This document shows positions 38,057 through 51,914 of a stretch of DNA of 64,000 nt, piece after piece. Origin of the DNA: Nitrospirota bacterium (lineage in GTDB: Bacteria > Nitrospirota > UBA9217); the NCBI GenBank assembly GCA_963663225.1, contig OY760142.1, positions 704,001-768,000 of the forward strand, given 5' to 3'. The position numbers and the translations under genes were made by a program. Within the stretch, counting starts at the first letter, position 1; each line of letters starts with the position of its first letter. Below the pieces are notes generated by a model, which saw only the letters and a program-made list of their open reading frames with translations, had not been told where the DNA came from and made no database searches.

Positions 38057-38088
38057 AGCTCATCCTCTGGAAAGCGTTAGTGTTCTGA

Positions 38089-38358
38089 TTATGCTGAGGC
38101 CTTTTCAACTATTTCGAGAACTTTCCACCGTTTTTCCTTGGAAAGCGGCCTAGTCTCGATGAAACGAACCACATCCCCGACCTTACACTCGTTTTTCTCG
38201 TCGTGTGCTTTAAACTTGGTGGTGCGCTTTATGGTTTTACCATAGCGTGCGTGCGCAATCCTCCTCGTTACCGCCAGCACAACAGTTTTATCCATCTTGT
38301 CGCTTACAACCTGCCCGATATACGTTTTTCTTTTTTTTGACTCATTAAGCGCGGCCAT
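38089..38358 (-). CDS. rpsQ: 30S ribosomal protein S17
   Basis: [16 protein letters not shown]. Confidence 0.98.
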   Translation of the reverse strand: MAALNESKKRKTYIGQVVSDKMDKTVVLAVTRRIAHARYGKTIKRTTKFKAHDEKNECKVGDVVRFIETRPLSKEKRWKVLEIVEKASA

Positions 38359-38545
38359 ACTTTTCCTTTAAAACGGTTTTTGTTTTTGCAACATCCTTGC
38401 GCAGGATTCTAAGACGCATAGGATTTTCTATCTGCCCCATAGCCTGCTGGACACGAAGATTGAACAGTTCCTTCCTCATCTCCGCAACTTTCGCTGTAAG
38501 TTCGTCCTTGGATAAATCTCTTAATTCTTTTGCCTTCATCTTCAT
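38345..38545 (-). CDS. rpmC: 50S ribosomal protein L29
   Basis: [21 protein letters not shown]. Confidence 0.96.
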   Translation of the reverse strand: MKMKAKELRDLSKDELTAKVAEMRKELFNLRVQQAMGQIENPMRLRILRKDVAKTKTVLKEKYGRA

Positions 38546-38958
38546 ATCTCTGCCTCGCGGGAAACGAATTTTGTCGCTACCGGCAGTTTATATGCGGCCA
38601 GGCGGAATGCTTCTCGGGCGACAGATTCCTCTACCCCTCCCATTTCGTAGAGCACCCGGCCTGGTTTTACCACTGCGACCCAGTACTCCGGCGCGCCCTT
38701 TCCCTTACCCATGCGTGTTTCTGCTGGTTTCTTGGTAATCGGTTTATCAGGAAATACGCGGATCCATATTTTCCCGCCGCGTTTGACATACCGGGTCATG
38801 GCAATGCGTGCCGCTTCTATCTGCCTACTCGTAATCCATCCCGGCTCAAGAACCTTCAGCCCATACTCACCATAGCTGACCTCAGCGCCACGGTATGCTG
38901 TTCCGTTGGTTCTGCCCTTTTGCATTTTTCTATGCTTAACTCGTTTTGGTGCTAGCAT
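38542..38958 (-). CDS. rplP: 50S ribosomal protein L16
   Basis: RQIEAAR, RMGKGKG. Confidence 0.98.
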   Translation of the reverse strand: MLAPKRVKHRKMQKGRTNGTAYRGAEVSYGEYGLKVLEPGWITSRQIEAARIAMTRYVKRGGKIWIRVFPDKPITKKPAETRMGKGKGAPEYWVAVVKPGRVLYEMGGVEESVAREAFRLAAYKLPVATKFVSREAEI

Positions 38959-39005
38959 GATTAAATCCTTTATTCAATCATAATAATGATGACGCGAAAA
39001 TAAAC

Positions 39006-39650
39006 TTATGCCGCCGGTGTTGACTGCTGCAAAATATCTCCACGATAAATCCAAACTTTGACACCAATCTGCCCCATCGTGGTTTTTGCCTCGAAAAATC
39101 CATACTGGATATCAGCGCGCAGCGTATGAAGGGGAACCCTACCCTCACGATACCATTCAGTCCGAGCTATTTCGGCGCCAGCCAATCTTCCTGCACAGGT
39201 TATTTTAATGCCCTGCGCGCCGAGTCGGAGAGCAGAGGTAACAGCTTTTTTCATTGCCCTTCGAAACGCGATTCTTCTTTCCAACTGAAGCGCAATGTTC
39301 TCTGCAACAAGCTGAGCTTCCAATTCAGGTCTTCTGATTTCCTGAATGTTGATATAAATCTGCTTTCCCGTCATGGCCTCAAGGTCTTTTTTAAGTTTGT
39401 CAACCTCTGCGCCTTTCTTGCCGATAATAATGCCTGGTCGCGCGGTATGAATATTAATTTTCGCCTTCTGGCCTGCCCGCTCGATCTCAACCTTGGAGAC
39501 ACCAGCATGCATAAGCCGCTCTTTTACAATTTTGCGAATTTTAATATCTTCATGCAGAAGTGCCGCATAGTTTTTTTGAGAAAACCAGCGCGACTCCCAT
39601 GTTTTTATAATTCCCAGCCTTAGTCCTATTGGATGAACCTTTTGCCCCAT
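39006..39650 (-). CDS. rpsC: 30S ribosomal protein S3
   Basis: [25 protein letters not shown]. Confidence 0.98.
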   Translation of the reverse strand: MGQKVHPIGLRLGIIKTWESRWFSQKNYAALLHEDIKIRKIVKERLMHAGVSKVEIERAGQKAKINIHTARPGIIIGKKGAEVDKLKKDLEAMTGKQIYINIQEIRRPELEAQLVAENIALQLERRIAFRRAMKKAVTSALRLGAQGIKITCAGRLAGAEIARTEWYREGRVPLHTLRADIQYGFFEAKTTMGQIGVKVWIYRGDILQQSTPAA

Positions 39651-39667
39651 GACGCCTCCGTAAATAA

Positions 39668-39997
39668 TTACGCTGAGAGCACCAGCGTAATATGGCTTGT
39701 CCGTTTTTTTATCACGTTGCCGCGACCCATGGCCCGTGCCCGCATTCGCTTCATGGTCGCACCTTGGTTTACATAAGCCTTTGCCACCTTCAGCGAATCA
39801 AGGTCGCCGACCTTCTTTTGCTCAGCATTTGCGACTGCAGAGTCTAATAATTTTTTTACGATCCGCGCCGCATGCAGCGGAGTAAAGGTAAGAATATTGA
39901 GCGCCTCTCCGACCATTTTACCCCGGATCAGATCTACAACCTGTCTCGCTTTGCGCGGCGTAATGCGTATATGTCTTACTGTAGCTGTTGCTTCCAT
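39668..39997 (-). CDS. rplV: 50S ribosomal protein L22
   Basis: [26 protein letters not shown]. Confidence 0.97.
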   Translation of the reverse strand: MEATATVRHIRITPRKARQVVDLIRGKMVGEALNILTFTPLHAARIVKKLLDSAVANAEQKKVGDLDSLKVAKAYVNQGATMKRMRARAMGRGNVIKKRTSHITLVLSA

Positions 39998-40043
39998 ACT
40001 GGTCATCCTCACTCAAAATGCGCTGTATATGCGCAATGCAGCA

Positions 40044-40334
40044 CTATTTCGGAGCACTTGCCTTTTCTGCTGCTTTCGATCCTCCGTGCGCCTTGAACAT
40101 CCTTGTAGGTGAAAACTCACCGAGCTTATGACCAACCATATTCTCAGTGATATATACGGGGATAAATTTTTTACCGTTATGTACAGCCAGTGTATGTCCT
40201 ACGAAATCCGGCGTAATCGTCGACCTGCGGGACCACGTTTTCATAATCTTCTTTTCACCCGCATTATTCATAGTCTCCACTTTTTTCATAAGGCTTGCTT
40301 CAATAAAAGGGCCTTTTTTAACCGATCTCGGCAC
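40044..40334 (-). CDS. rpsS: 30S ribosomal protein S19
   Basis: [22 protein letters not shown]; GTG start. Confidence 0.97.
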   Translation of the reverse strand: MPRSVKKGPFIEASLMKKVETMNNAGEKKIMKTWSRRSTITPDFVGHTLAVHNGKKFIPVYITENMVGHKLGEFSPTRMFKAHGGSKAAEKASAPK

Positions 40335-40407
40335 CGTATCCTCCGTTTTCAATGCAGATCACAGGTTGGAGTTTTTGATTCTGTTTTAGCCTGCGATCGT
40401 AATTGTG

Positions 40408-41235
40408 TTATCTGCTCTTAGTTCTTCTGGAAAGAATATATTTATTCGTTTTCTTGTTGTGTCTGGTTTTTTTACCGTCTGGAAGCCCCCACGGCGAACA
40501 TCCAGGCCGTCCACCGGATGATTTTCCTTCTCCGCCGCCGAGCGGATGATCGACAGGGTTCATGGCAACTCCGCGCACGCGCGGTCGTCTTCCCAACCAG
40601 CGAGCCCTGCCGGCCTTCCCAATGCTGATATTTTCATGATCAAGATTCCCAACTTGACCTATTGATGCCATGCACTCCGAGCGAACCATCCTTACTTCGC
40701 CAGAATTAAGGCGAAGCGTAGCATATTCCCCTTCACGCGCCAACAGTTGAACTGAGGAGCCGGCACTTCTCGCGAGCTGCCCGCCGGCACCCTTTTTAAG
40801 TTCAATATTGTGAAGAACGGTACCTACCGGTATTGATGCCATCGGCAGTGCATTTCCCGGCTTGATATCAGCTTCCGGACCGGACATAACGCTATCTCCC
40901 ACTTTCAAACCAAGTGGAGCAAGAATATAACGCTTTTCACCGTCGATGTAATGCAAAAGTGCGATACGCGCCGTCCTGTTCGGGTCATATTCAATATGCG
41001 CCACTGTAGCAGGAACGCCGTTTTTATCACGGCGAAAATCAACGATTCGGTATTTCTTCTTGTGCCATCCTGCCCGATACCGAACTGTTATTTTACCGCG
41101 GTTGTTTCTTCCGCCGCTTTGGGCCAATTTAACAACCAAAGACTTCTCAGGTTTGGTCCGCGTCACATCTTCGAATGTAGATGTTGTCTGGAAACGTCTT
41201 CCTGCGGACGTTGGGTTATACGTTTTTACCGGCAT
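40408..41235 (-). CDS. rplB: 50S ribosomal protein L2
   Basis: [18 protein letters not shown]. Confidence 0.98.
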   Translation of the reverse strand: MPVKTYNPTSAGRRFQTTSTFEDVTRTKPEKSLVVKLAQSGGRNNRGKITVRYRAGWHKKKYRIVDFRRDKNGVPATVAHIEYDPNRTARIALLHYIDGEKRYILAPLGLKVGDSVMSGPEADIKPGNALPMASIPVGTVLHNIELKKGAGGQLARSAGSSVQLLAREGEYATLRLNSGEVRMVRSECMASIGQVGNLDHENISIGKAGRARWLGRRPRVRGVAMNPVDHPLGGGEGKSSGGRPGCSPWGLPDGKKTRHNKKTNKYILSRRTKSR

Positions 41236-41529
41236 TTAAGCACCCTCAAAAATATCTATCTTTTCACCGGGCTTAAGCGTAACATAGGCTTTTTTCCAAT
41301 CTGATCTGCGGCCTATCCGCTGCCCCATGCGCTTGCTTTTACCCGCGTTCTTCACCGTGGTAATATCCGCCACTTTTACTTTAAAAATTCCTTCAACAGC
41401 CTTCCGCACCTGCACTTTATTGGCATTAACTTTTACTTCAAAAGTCAGGACGTTGTTTTTTTCCTTTAACCGCGTACCTTTTTCCGTAATACGGGGAATT
41501 CGTATAATATCGTAAAAATCAGTCATCAT
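41236..41529 (-). CDS. rplW: 50S ribosomal protein L23
   Basis: ITEK, WKKAYVTL. Confidence 0.97.
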   Translation of the reverse strand: MMTDFYDIIRIPRITEKGTRLKEKNNVLTFEVKVNANKVQVRKAVEGIFKVKVADITTVKNAGKSKRMGQRIGRRSDWKKAYVTLKPGEKIDIFEGA

Positions 41530-42149
41530 TTACCATACACCTCCTGCATAGCGCTTAGGACATCCTGCGTTGTTATGAGGTATCGGTATTTCAACAGATC
41601 GTAAACATTCACATTTTCAATTCTCAGCACTTTTACCGACGGAATATTTCGAGCAGCAAGAGCAACATTCTTATTATCTGATTTCACGAGGACAAGCGCA
41701 GTCTCTTGCACGCCAAGCGTCTTAAGCAACTGTGTCATCAACTTGGTTTTTGAATCTGCCAGATCAAGACTGTCTACCAAGATTAGCCTATTGTCCGATA
41801 CTTTTGAGGCAAAGGCATCCACGAGCGCCGCCCGCTTAGCTTTTTTGGGAAGAGCATAAGAATATTCTCTCGGCATCGGCCCAAAAACAGTACCTCCATG
41901 CCTCCAGAGTGGAGACCGACTGCTCCCGGCCCGTGCTCTGCCTGTTCCCTTTTGCTTAAACGGTTTTTTACCGCCGCCGCTCACAAGAGCCTTGTTTTTT
42001 GTAGCTGCCGTACCAGCTCGCTTATTTGCAAGCTGATTTACCACCGCAGAATGGACAAGATACGGCCTTACCTCCGTTGAAAACAGCGAGGGAAGGTCCA
42101 CATCCTTCACTTTCTTATTGTTTTGATCAACCATTACCACTGACGGCAT
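41526..42149 (-). CDS. rplD: 50S ribosomal protein L4
   Basis: KPFKQKGTGRARAGS, GGTVFGP. Confidence 0.98.
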   Translation of the reverse strand: MPSVVMVDQNNKKVKDVDLPSLFSTEVRPYLVHSAVVNQLANKRAGTAATKNKALVSGGGKKPFKQKGTGRARAGSSRSPLWRHGGTVFGPMPREYSYALPKKAKRAALVDAFASKVSDNRLILVDSLDLADSKTKLMTQLLKTLGVQETALVLVKSDNKNVALAARNIPSVKVLRIENVNVYDLLKYRYLITTQDVLSAMQEVYGK

Positions 42150-42181
42150 CTTATTAACCCTCTGTTATTTCTATCTCTTGA

Positions 42182-42796
42182 TTAATCTGCTTTATAAATG
42201 AGCAAAAACCCGTTTTCGCCACCCGGCACGGCTCCACGCACAAACAGCAGATTCTGATCCGGCCGCACATCAACAATCTCGATGTTTTTTATCGTAACAT
42301 TCACCGAACCCATGTGCCCGGGAAGTTTCTTGCCTGGCCATACACGGGATGGATACGCGCTCGCCCCAATAGAACCAGGAGCTCGGTTGAACATAGATCC
42401 ATGTCCGCCGGGTCCACCTGCAAATTTGTGCCGCTTCATGACACCGGCAAAACCTTTACCCTTACTCACACCGCTGACCGATATTAATTCACCTTTTTTA
42501 AATATATCGACGGTGACGACCTGGCCTTGCTCAAACACTCCGGTGCGAAATTCGCGGAGAATACGGTGTGGCTGCACATTTCCCTTCTTGAAGTGGCCGG
42601 CGATAGCCTTGGTCACCCGGTCTTTTTTCGGCATCTCTTCAAAAGCAAGCTGTACCGCTTCATAGCCGTCTTTCTCGGCGGTTTTCTTCTGCACTACAGC
42701 ACACGGACCAGCCTGAATTACAGTAACAGGAATCAGTTCCCCTTCGCTATACTGCTGGCTCATTCCGATTTTCTTTCCGATAATTCCCTTACTCAT
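42182..42796 (-). CDS. rplC: 50S ribosomal protein L3
   Basis: GKKIGMSQ, SKGKGFAG, RAPGSIG. Confidence 0.98.
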   Translation of the reverse strand: MSKGIIGKKIGMSQQYSEGELIPVTVIQAGPCAVVQKKTAEKDGYEAVQLAFEEMPKKDRVTKAIAGHFKKGNVQPHRILREFRTGVFEQGQVVTVDIFKKGELISVSGVSKGKGFAGVMKRHKFAGGPGGHGSMFNRAPGSIGASAYPSRVWPGKKLPGHMGSVNVTIKNIEIVDVRPDQNLLFVRGAVPGGENGFLLIYKAD

Positions 42797-42869
42797 TGCC
42801 TTTTCCCTCACCCACGCACGATGGCAGCTTTAGAACACGCTCATCATGAGTTTGCGGTCAGATTCATTC

Positions 42870-43175
42870 CTACAGCTTGATCTCCACGTCAATACCCGCA
42901 GCAAGATCAAGCTTCATAAGCGCATCCACGGTCTGCGGGGTAGGATCCAAAATATCCATGAGCCGCTTATGGGTTCTGACTTCAAACTGCTCTCTGGATT
43001 TTTTATCCACATGAGGAGAACGGAGTACGGTCCACCGGTTAATTCTGGTCGGAAGCGGAATAGGGCCGGACACTTTGGCTCCTGTTCTTTTTGCCGTATC
43101 CATGATTTCGACTGTCGATTGATCGAGCAATCTGTGGTCGTATCCTTTTAATCGTATTCTAATCTTCTGTGTCAC
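42870..43175 (-). CDS. rpsJ: 30S ribosomal protein S10
   Basis: [23 protein letters not shown]; GTG start. Confidence 0.97.
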   Translation of the reverse strand: MTQKIRIRLKGYDHRLLDQSTVEIMDTAKRTGAKVSGPIPLPTRINRWTVLRSPHVDKKSREQFEVRTHKRLMDILDPTPQTVDALMKLDLAAGIDVEIKL

Positions 43176-43191
43176 GTGCTCGTTCCTTCCC

Positions 43192-44391
43192 TTATTCAAT
43201 TACTTCCGTGATGACGCCGGCGCCAACGGTTCTGCCGCCTTCACGAATGGCAAAACGAAGCTCCTTGTCCATCGCTATCGGCGTGATAAGTTCCACCGAG
43301 CAGCTCATGTTGTCCCCCGGCATTACCATCTCCACTCCCTCTGCCAGGGTCACAACTCCCGTAACATCCGTCGTCCTAAAGTAAAACTGCGGCCGGTAAC
43401 CCTTGAAAAACGGCGTGTGGCGGCCACCCTCTTCCTTCGTCAGCACATATGCCTCAGCCTTGAACTTCGTATGGGGCGTGATGCTCCCCGGCTTCGCCAA
43501 TACCATGCCGCGCTCCACATCCTCTTTCTTGACTCCTCGCAGCAATACTCCAACGTTGTCGCCGGCCTCGCCCTGGTCCAAAAGCTTCCGGAACATCTCT
43601 ACGCCCGTCACCACCGTCTTCTGCGTCGGCTTGATTCCCACTATCTCGATTTCATCGCTTACCTTGACCACTCCTCGCTCTATACGGCCCGTCACAACGG
43701 TACCGCGGCCCGCAATCGAAAACACGTCTTCAATAGGCATCAGGTACGGCTTGTCTATGTCGCGCTTCGGCTGCGGTACGTAGCTGTCAATGGCGGCCAT
43801 CAACTCAAAAATGCTCTTGTATTCCGCCGCATTCGAATCCTTGCTCTCGCTCTGAAGCGCCTTTAACGCGCTCCCCTTAATAATCGGTGTCTTGTCGCCG
43901 GGGAACTGGTACTTCGACAGCAATTCCCGAATCTCAAGCTCTACCAGCTCGATGAGCTCCGGATCGTCCACCATGTCCACCTTGTTCATGTATACCACGA
44001 TATACGGTACTCCCACCTGACGCGCTAGCAGTATGTGCTCGCGGGTCTGGGGCATCGGTCCGTCCGCCGCGGAAACTACCAGAATCGCTCCGTCCATCTG
44101 AGCTGCGCCGGTGATCATGTTCTTCACATAGTCTGCATGGCCCGGGCAGTCCACATGGGCATAGTGGCGATTCTCTGTCTGGTATTCCACATGCGCCGTC
44201 GCAATGGTAATACCGCGCTCCCGTTCTTCCGGAGCCTTGTCGATATTATCATACGATACAAAGCTCGCCATGTTCTTAAGCGCCAACACCTTCGTGATGG
44301 CTGCTGTCAACGTCGTCTTGCCGTGGTCCACATGTCCAATCGTACCCACGTTCACATGAGGTTTCGTCCTCTCAAATTTTGCCTTCGCCAT
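43192..44391 (-). CDS. tuf: Elongation factor Tu (str operon copy)
   Basis: [21 protein letters not shown]. Confidence 0.99.
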   Translation of the reverse strand: MAKAKFERTKPHVNVGTIGHVDHGKTTLTAAITKVLALKNMASFVSYDNIDKAPEERERGITIATAHVEYQTENRHYAHVDCPGHADYVKNMITGAAQMDGAILVVSAADGPMPQTREHILLARQVGVPYIVVYMNKVDMVDDPELIELVELEIRELLSKYQFPGDKTPIIKGSALKALQSESKDSNAAEYKSIFELMAAIDSYVPQPKRDIDKPYLMPIEDVFSIAGRGTVVTGRIERGVVKVSDEIEIVGIKPTQKTVVTGVEMFRKLLDQGEAGDNVGVLLRGVKKEDVERGMVLAKPGSITPHTKFKAEAYVLTKEEGGRHTPFFKGYRPQFYFRTTDVTGVVTLAEGVEMVMPGDNMSCSVELITPIAMDKELRFAIREGGRTVGAGVITEVIE

Positions 44392-44481
44392 GCTCTCCGC
44401 CTCCTGTCCGGGAAGTGAAAAAAGTAAAAAAATATAATATCCGTAGGCCCTAGCGGCCTACTATGCAGATTATCTTAAAAC

Positions 44482-46578
44482 TTACCTTGTCTTAGCAGTT
44501 TCACCTTTAACTTTTGCAATAATTTGTTCAGAAATATTCTTTGGCACTTCTTCATAATGCTCAAACTGCATAGTATAGGTTGCCCTACCCTGAGTTTTTG
44601 ATCTGATGTCAGTTGCATATCCGAACATCTCGGAGAGCGGCACCTGGGCGGTGATAACCCTGCCTGCTCCTCTGATATTCATACCCTGCACCCGTCCCCG
44701 CCTTGAGTTAAGATCGCCGATGATGTCACCCATATATTCTTCGGGGCAAACCACCTCGACAGCCATGATTGGCTCAAGCAAAACAGGGCTGGCCTTCTGC
44801 GCACCCTCTTTGAACCCCATAGAACCGGCAATTTTAAACGCCATTTCCGAGGAGTCCACGTCGTGATACGATCCATCGACGATTTTCACCTTAATATCAA
44901 CCATTGGATATCCGGCAAGCACGCCGTTTTCCATGGCTTCCTCAATACCCTTCTGCACCGGCGCAATGTATTCTTTGGGTACCGAACCGCCTACAATTTT
45001 GTTTTCGAACTCAAACCCCTTGCCTGGTTCTTGCGGCTCCAACTCAAGAACAACATGTCCGTATTGGCCGCGACCGCCGGTCTGCCGAACATACTTGCCC
45101 TCTGCTGAAACCTTCTTTTTAATCGTTTCACGATACGCAACCTGCGGTTTTCCTACGTTTGCATCCACCTTGAATTCGCGCAGAAGACGATCAACGATAA
45201 TTTCCAAGTGAAGCTCGCCCATCCCCGAAATGATGGTCTGTCCCGTTTCTATATCAGTACGGACCCGAAATGACGGATCTTCCTGCATTAATTTTTGAAG
45301 AGACAAACCTAATTTTTCCTGATCTGCTTTGGTCTTCGGTTCTATGGCAATATGAATCACCGGCTCTGGAAAAGTCATAGCTTCCAGAACAACCGGCTTG
45401 TTTTCATCGCAGAGCGTATGCCCTGTAAGAGTGCTTTTCAAACCAACCGCAGCGCAGATATCACCGGAATAAATTTCCTGAATTTCCTCGCGCTTATTGG
45501 CGTGCATTTTAAGGAGCCTTCCGATACGTTCGCGCACACCTTTAGTAGAGTTGTACACGTATGAACCGGAATTCAGCGTTCCAGAGTATACCCTGATAAA
45601 AGTAAGCTGACCGACAAACGGATCCGTCATGATCTTGAATGCCATGGCCGAAAACGGCTCGGTATCCGAAGCTTTGCGAACATCCTCTTGGTCTGTCTTC
45701 GGATTCATGCCCTTTACCGGAGGAATGTCGACCGGAGAAGGAAGATAGTCTACGACAGCGTCAAGCAGAAGCTGCACACCTTTATTTTTAAACGCCGAAC
45801 CGCAGATGACCGGGAATATTTTCATTGCAATAGTCCCCTTGCGGATCGCTGCCTTAATTTCTTCTTCCGTAGGCTCTTCACCATTCAGGAATTTTTCCAT
45901 CACGGTGTCGTCTACGTCCGATATCGCCTCGATCATTTTTTCGCGATACTCTTTTGCCTTTGGCAGCAAATCAGCGGCAATGTCTTCCACAACGTATTTC
46001 GCGCCAAGAGTTTCGTCGTCGAATAAAACCGACTTCATGGACACCAGATCGACACAGCCACGGAATTTGTCTTCAGCTCCAACCGGGATCTGAATCGGCA
46101 CAGGCTTCGCTCCAAGCCGGTCGATCATACTCTGGACGCTCATGTAGAAATCAGCGCCGATGCGGTCCATTTTGTTCATGAACGCAATACGGGGAACCTG
46201 ATATTTATCAGCCTGACGCCATACTGTTTCCGATTGCGGTTCCACGCCGCTGACGGAATCGAACGCCGCGACAGCACCATCCAGCACGCGTAACGAACGC
46301 TCCACCTCAATAGTAAAATCAACGTGCCCCGGGGTGTCAATGATGTTGATGCGCTTGTCCTTCCAAAAACAGGTTGTCGCAGCAGAGGTGATAGTAATGC
46401 CGCGCTCCTGCTCCTGCACCATCCAGTCCATGACCGCAGTACCGTCATGCACCTCGCCGATTTTGTATGAGACACCGGTATAGTAAAGAATACGCTCTGT
46501 TGTCGTTGTCTTACCGGCATCAATATGCGCCATAATGCCGATATTGCGTGTATTTTCTAATGAATACTGCCTAGCCAA
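44482..46578 (-). CDS. fusA: Elongation factor G
   Basis: [24 protein letters not shown]. Confidence 0.99.
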   Translation of the reverse strand: MARQYSLENTRNIGIMAHIDAGKTTTTERILYYTGVSYKIGEVHDGTAVMDWMVQEQERGITITSAATTCFWKDKRINIIDTPGHVDFTIEVERSLRVLDGAVAAFDSVSGVEPQSETVWRQADKYQVPRIAFMNKMDRIGADFYMSVQSMIDRLGAKPVPIQIPVGAEDKFRGCVDLVSMKSVLFDDETLGAKYVVEDIAADLLPKAKEYREKMIEAISDVDDTVMEKFLNGEEPTEEEIKAAIRKGTIAMKIFPVICGSAFKNKGVQLLLDAVVDYLPSPVDIPPVKGMNPKTDQEDVRKASDTEPFSAMAFKIMTDPFVGQLTFIRVYSGTLNSGSYVYNSTKGVRERIGRLLKMHANKREEIQEIYSGDICAAVGLKSTLTGHTLCDENKPVVLEAMTFPEPVIHIAIEPKTKADQEKLGLSLQKLMQEDPSFRVRTDIETGQTIISGMGELHLEIIVDRLLREFKVDANVGKPQVAYRETIKKKVSAEGKYVRQTGGRGQYGHVVLELEPQEPGKGFEFENKIVGGSVPKEYIAPVQKGIEEAMENGVLAGYPMVDIKVKIVDGSYHDVDSSEMAFKIAGSMGFKEGAQKASPVLLEPIMAVEVVCPEEYMGDIIGDLNSRRGRVQGMNIRGAGRVITAQVPLSEMFGYATDIRSKTQGRATYTMQFEHYEEVPKNISEQIIAKVKGETAKTR

Positions 46579-46605
46579 AACTCCCTCCGCTCCTTCGTAA
46601 ACACC

Positions 46606-47076
46606 CTACCAGCGATAGTGGGCGAAGGCTTTGTTGGCCTCTGCCATGCGGTGTACGTCTTCTCTTTTCTTTACAGCCGCCCCGGTATTGTTCGAGGCAT
46701 CAAGTATTTCTCCGGCAAGCTTTTCAACCATTGATTTTTCCGGACGCTGCGATGCATACAGCCGAAGCCAGCGGTACGCAAGTGACATCCTGCGCGGCTG
46801 CTTGACTTCGATAGGAACCTGATATGAAGCACCGCCGACCCTGCGCGATTTGACTTCCAATGTAGGCTTCAGATTCTCAATGGCCTTCTTAAATATAGCA
46901 ATAGGATCGCTATTTGTCTTTTCCTGAATCCGATCGAGCGCCTTGTAGCAGATGGCCTCTGCCGTGCTCTTCTTGCCTTTGCGCATAAGCACATTCACAA
47001 ACTTTGCCAGCATTTTGCTGTTATATTTCGGATCAGGCAATGCTTCTCTTTTTACAACGACGCTTTTTCTTGGCAT
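46606..47076 (-). CDS. rpsG: 30S ribosomal protein S7
   Basis: [24 protein letters not shown]. Confidence 0.98.
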   Translation of the reverse strand: MPRKSVVVKREALPDPKYNSKMLAKFVNVLMRKGKKSTAEAICYKALDRIQEKTNSDPIAIFKKAIENLKPTLEVKSRRVGGASYQVPIEVKQPRRMSLAYRWLRLYASQRPEKSMVEKLAGEILDASNNTGAAVKKREDVHRMAEANKAFAHYRW

Positions 47077-47125
47077 ATCGGTTTTACCTACTCCCTAAAA
47101 ACTTCAATACATTCGACCTCAAAAC

Positions 47126-47497
47126 CTATTTAGGACGCTTCGCACCATATTTGGAACGGCCTTGTTTGCGATTCGCAACCCCAACCGTATCAAGCGTTCC
47201 TCTCACAATATGATAACGCACCCCAGGCAAGTCCTTCACTCTGCCGCCGCGAATAAGCACAATGGAGTGCTCCTGAAGATTATGCCCGACTCCCGGAATA
47301 TAGCTGGTTACTTCCATTCCATTCGTAAGCCTCACTCTTGCCACTTTTCGGAGAGCGGAGTTTGGCTTCTTTGGGGTGGTGGTATAGACCCTGATACAAA
47401 CCCCCCGTTTCTGCGGGCAACTCTTCAGGGCTGGGCTTTTAGTCTTACTGGCAGCTAATGTTCTGCCTTTTCTGACCAGTTGGCTTATCGTCGGCAC
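47126..47497 (-). CDS. rpsL: 30S ribosomal protein S12
   Basis: [18 protein letters not shown]. Confidence 0.99.
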   Translation of the reverse strand: MPTISQLVRKGRTLAASKTKSPALKSCPQKRGVCIRVYTTTPKKPNSALRKVARVRLTNGMEVTSYIPGVGHNLQEHSIVLIRGGRVKDLPGVRYHIVRGTLDTVGVANRKQGRSKYGAKRPK

Positions 47498-47561
47498 GGA
47501 AAATACTCCTTAAAATCATTTATATAGCAAACATAAAGAAAAGTTGAGTCAAAACCCGGTG

Positions 47562-47590
47562 ATTATAACTATTTACTGACCACTTGTCAA
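47562..47590 (-). promoter_or_regulatory. Consensus sigma70 promoter of the str operon
   Basis: TTGACA (47590-47585), 17 nt spacer, TATAAT (47567-47562). Confidence 0.9.
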
Positions 47591-47653
47591 GGTTTTTTTT
47601 AGTTGCATTTTAGAGCAATATCTCTGCTCAATGACAATTATATGTGCACATTG

Positions 47654-50600
47654 CTAGTTTTGCTCGGCTGTCTGCTGTGTTTCCTCCTCAACGGCGACAT
47701 AGGTGTTTCTATACTCGGTCATGCCTGTTCCTGCAGGAATCAGTCTGCCCATAATCACATTTTCTTTTAATCCGGCAAGCTCATCCACTGCACCCGTAAT
47801 AGAAGCCTCAGTCAGCACCCGAGTGGTCTCCTGGAATGACGCCGCAGAAATAAAGCTGTCCGTGGTAAGGGAGGCCTTGGTGATGCCAAGAAGTATCGGT
47901 CGCGCGGTCGCGGGCTTGCCGCCGTTTGCAATCACCGCTTCATTTTCCTTTGAAAACGCAAATCGATCCACCTGCTCTCCGATGAGGAATGAGGTATCTC
48001 CTGCATCTTCGATCCTGACCTTGCGCAGCATCTGGCGGACAATAACCTCAATGTGTTTGTCATTGATACTCACACCCTGGAGACGATAAACCTGTTGCAC
48101 CTCATCAACAAGGTACTTCTGGAGTTCTCTCGGACCAAGCACGCTCAGAATATCATGGGGATCAATCGGACCGTCCATAAGAGGCTCCCCGGCCGTTACC
48201 CAATCGCCTTCGTGCACATTAACGTGCTTGCCTTTCGGGATCAGATATTCCTTTTCATTCCCCATGCCATCCTTTACAAGGATACGGCGCATGCCCTTCA
48301 CAAATCCACCAAACTCCACGGTTCCATCAATTTCACTGATAATCGCCTGTTCCTTCGGTTTTCTCGCTTCAAACAGTTCGGCCACTCTCGGAAGACCGCC
48401 GGTAATGTCCTTTGTTTTGGTCGTTTCACGCGGAATTTTAACCAGAATATCACCCGGGAATATCTCATCACCCTTATCAACAAGAATATGCGCACCAGCA
48501 GGCAATAAGTAGCGGGCGACCACATTGCTCCCCGGCAGTTTCGCCGTCTTGCCGTGCTGATCCTTAATCGAAATCCTCGGACGGAGATTCTGGTTCGGGT
48601 AATCAATAATAACCTTGCGCGACAAGCCGGTAATCTCGTCGACCTCTTCCCTCATAGTGACGCCTTCGATAACATCGCCAAAAGCAATTTTCCCGCCTAT
48701 TTCCGTAAGGATAGGCAATGAATAAGGATCCCACTCTACAAGTTTTTGGGCGATATCAGCCTTTTGTCCATCCGCCACTTTGATGCGGGCACCGTAAATT
48801 ACTGCGTACTTTTCCTTCTCACGACCGGTGTCATCATAGATAGCGATACTTCCGCTTCTCGACATGGCTACATAGTCGCCTTCTTTGTTTTTCACGGTGT
48901 TCAGGTTGATATATTTTACGATACCTGAATTTTTCGCCTCAAGAACGGTCTGCTCGACAACCTTACTTGCTGTACCGCCGATATGGAACGTTCTCATCGT
49001 AAGCTGAGTGCCCGGCTCGCCGATAGACTGGGCGGCAATAATACCTATGGCTTCGCCGATTTCCACCAGTTTTCCGCGGCCGAGATCGCGGCCATAGCAC
49101 ATTTTACATACCCCACGCAGGGACTGACACGTGAGGACCGAGCGGATCTTGATTCGATCAATGCCCGCCTCTTCAATCTTTTTGACGAGATCTTCGTTAA
49201 TTTCTCTATGCGTCCCGGCAATAACTTCCTTCGTGATGGGGTCCTTAATATCCTCTGCGGCAACACGGCCGAGAATACGCTCTGACAGCGGCTCAATGAT
49301 TTCTCCGCCTTCCACAAGCGAGCCAACGATAATACCGTCCGACGTGCCGCAGTCATCCTGCGTAATGATCACATCCTGTGAAACATCAACAAGTCTGCGG
49401 GTAAGATATCCGGAGTTTGCCGTTTTGAGCGCTGTATCGGCAAGTCCTTTGCGCGCACCGTGGGTCGAAATAAAATACTGCAACACAGTGAGGCCTTCGC
49501 GGAAGTTGGCGGTAATCGGAGTTTCAATGATTTCTCCCGACGGTTTCGCCATAAGACCGCGCATTCCGGCAAGCTGCCTGATCTGCTGGGTGCTGCCGCG
49601 TGCGCCCGAATCGGCCATCATGAAAATATTATTGAATGAACGGGCTTCCTGCAGCTCCGATTTTTTGGCATCTCCGAGTTCAACCGCTTCCATGCCGAGT
49701 TCACCCATCATTTCGTCGGCTATCTTCTCGGTTACATTAGCCCATATATCGATTTCCTTGTTGTAGCGCTCGCCGTTTGTGATTAATCCTTCGGTATACT
49801 GGTGATGGATTTCCATCACTTCTTTTTGGGCCTGGTCGATAAACTTCTGTTTTTTGCTCGGAATATGCATGTCGGAGATGCAAATAGATATACCTGCACG
49901 CGTGGCAAACTTGAATCCCATTTCCTTCAGATCGTCAATAAGGACAACGGTGCGCCTGAGTCCCAGTTTCCGGTAGCATTCGTCAATGAGTTTGGCCAGT
50001 TCCTTCTTGTTCATCTCTTTGTTCACTGAAGAGAAGGGAATACCTTCCGGCAATATTTCACTGAAAAGAACTCTTCCGATCGTGGTTTCTTCTATTTTTC
50101 CGTTTATCCGGACTTTAACGCGGGCGTGAATTTCGGCCTCGCGCTGATCATAGGCAATACGGACCTCTTCCCGGCTCGAGAAGATTTTCCCCTCTCCCAA
50201 CGCGCCCGAACGAACCTTGGTGAGATAATAGCAACCGAGCACAATGTCCTGAGACGGCACCGTAATAGGCCGTCCGTTTGCCGGAGAAAGAATATTGTTG
50301 ACCGAAAGCATAAGCACTCTCGCCTCAAGCTGGGCTTCTACCGAGAGGGGTATGTGAACGGCCATTTGGTCGCCGTCAAAATCGGCATTGAACGCTGCGC
50401 ACACAAGGGGATGGAGCCGGATGGCCTTGCCTTCCACAAGTATGGGGTCAAAAGCCTGAATGCCCAAGCGATGGAGCGTCGGAGCCCGGTTGAGCAGGAC
50501 CGGATGCTCCTGGATGACCTCCTCCAGCACGTCCCAAACTTCCGGCCGTTCACGCTCAATCATCTTTTTTGCGCTTTTTATTGTTGTTGCATAGCCTTTT

Positions 50601-51793
50601 TCGTCAAGCTTGTTAAAAATAAACGGCTTAAACAGCTCAAGCGCCATTTTTTTCGGCAAACCGCACTGATGGAGTTTAAGGTCGGGACCGACCACAATAA
50701 CGGAACGTCCGGAATAGTCAACGCGTTTACCGAGCAAATTCTGACGAAATCTGCCTTGCTTGCCTTTCAGCATGTCTGAGAGGGACTTGAGCGGTCTTTT
50801 ATTCGGTCCGCGAAGGACCCGTCCGCGCCGGCCGTTATCAAAAAGCGCATCCACCGCTTCTTGCAGCATCCGCTTTTCATTTCTGACAATAACAGACGGC
50901 GCCTTGAGTTCTTCAAGTCGCCTGAGGCGGTTGTTTCTGTTGATAACACGGCGGTAGAGATCATTTAAATCAGATGTTGCGAAACGCCCCCCTTCCAGCG
51001 GAACAAGAGGACGCAGTTCCGGCGGTATCACGGGAATAACATCAAGAATCATCCACTCAGGCTTATTGCCGGACTTACGGAAGGACTCGATGACCTTGAG
51101 CCGTTTCGTCAATTTTTTCTTTGTGGCCATTGATGTAGCGGTATCGATCTTGCCTCTGATTTCGACGGATTCACTTTCCAGATCAATGGCTTTGAGCATT
51201 TCGCGAATTGCCTCTGCGCCCATGCCCGCTTTGAACGATCCGGGGCCGAATTCCGTCTGTATCTTGCGGAATTTTTCCTCGGTAAGGAGCTCTTTAACCT
51301 TCAGCGGGGTATCGCCGGGATCAACCACCACATAACTTTCAAAATACAGGACCTTTTCGAGTTGACGAAGGGTCATATCAAGAAGTGTTCCGATGCGGCT
51401 CGGCAGTCCTTTCAGAAACCAAATATGAGCGACCGGCGAAGAAAGTTCTATATGTCCCATGCGCTCACGGCGAACTTTGGACTGAATCACCTCGACGCCG
51501 CATTTATCGCAGACAATGCCGCGGTGTTTCATTCTCTTGTATTTTCCGCAGAGGCATTCCCAGTCTTTAATAGGCCCGAATATTTTTGCGCAAAAAAGGC
51601 CGTCTCGTTCCGGTTTAAAGGAACGATAATTAATGGTTTCAGGTTTTTTGACTTCACCATATGACCATTCTTTAATGCGTTCGGGCGAAGCGATTTTTAT
51701 GCGCATTGCGTCAAAGCTGATATCTTTTGGTTTTTCAAACAAGTTTATGACATCCGCTCTGGCCTTGTTTTCAGACAGTTGTTTTTCTTCCAC
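47654..51793 (-). CDS. rpoC: RNA polymerase subunit beta'
   Basis: NADFDGD, zinc finger CLCGKYK...CDKC. Confidence 0.99.
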   Translation of the reverse strand: MEEKQLSENKARADVINLFEKPKDISFDAMRIKIASPERIKEWSYGEVKKPETINYRSFKPERDGLFCAKIFGPIKDWECLCGKYKRMKHRGIVCDKCGVEVIQSKVRRERMGHIELSSPVAHIWFLKGLPSRIGTLLDMTLRQLEKVLYFESYVVVDPGDTPLKVKELLTEEKFRKIQTEFGPGSFKAGMGAEAIREMLKAIDLESESVEIRGKIDTATSMATKKKLTKRLKVIESFRKSGNKPEWMILDVIPVIPPELRPLVPLEGGRFATSDLNDLYRRVINRNNRLRRLEELKAPSVIVRNEKRMLQEAVDALFDNGRRGRVLRGPNKRPLKSLSDMLKGKQGRFRQNLLGKRVDYSGRSVIVVGPDLKLHQCGLPKKMALELFKPFIFNKLDEKGYATTIKSAKKMIERERPEVWDVLEEVIQEHPVLLNRAPTLHRLGIQAFDPILVEGKAIRLHPLVCAAFNADFDGDQMAVHIPLSVEAQLEARVLMLSVNNILSPANGRPITVPSQDIVLGCYYLTKVRSGALGEGKIFSSREEVRIAYDQREAEIHARVKVRINGKIEETTIGRVLFSEILPEGIPFSSVNKEMNKKELAKLIDECYRKLGLRRTVVLIDDLKEMGFKFATRAGISICISDMHIPSKKQKFIDQAQKEVMEIHHQYTEGLITNGERYNKEIDIWANVTEKIADEMMGELGMEAVELGDAKKSELQEARSFNNIFMMADSGARGSTQQIRQLAGMRGLMAKPSGEIIETPITANFREGLTVLQYFISTHGARKGLADTALKTANSGYLTRRLVDVSQDVIITQDDCGTSDGIIVGSLVEGGEIIEPLSERILGRVAAEDIKDPITKEVIAGTHREINEDLVKKIEEAGIDRIKIRSVLTCQSLRGVCKMCYGRDLGRGKLVEIGEAIGIIAAQSIGEPGTQLTMRTFHIGGTASKVVEQTVLEAKNSGIVKYINLNTVKNKEGDYVAMSRSGSIAIYDDTGREKEKYAVIYGARIKVADGQKADIAQKLVEWDPYSLPILTEIGGKIAFGDVIEGVTMREEVDEITGLSRKVIIDYPNQNLRPRISIKDQHGKTAKLPGSNVVARYLLPAGAHILVDKGDEIFPGDILVKIPRETTKTKDITGGLPRVAELFEARKPKEQAIISEIDGTVEFGGFVKGMRRILVKDGMGNEKEYLIPKGKHVNVHEGDWVTAGEPLMDGPIDPHDILSVLGPRELQKYLVDEVQQVYRLQGVSINDKHIEVIVRQMLRKVRIEDAGDTSFLIGEQVDRFAFSKENEAVIANGGKPATARPILLGITKASLTTDSFISAASFQETTRVLTEASITGAVDELAGLKENVIMGRLIPAGTGMTEYRNTYVAVEEETQQTAEQN

Positions 51794-51914
51794 AGAGGAC
51801 CTCCATTAATCAACCAAATCTCACGTTCAAGCAAACCAATGATGTATGCAGTCGCACAAGCGTTTGTCAGTCTGTGAGAATTACAGTTTGAAACTTTTTT
51901 CCTCTACCGTTACC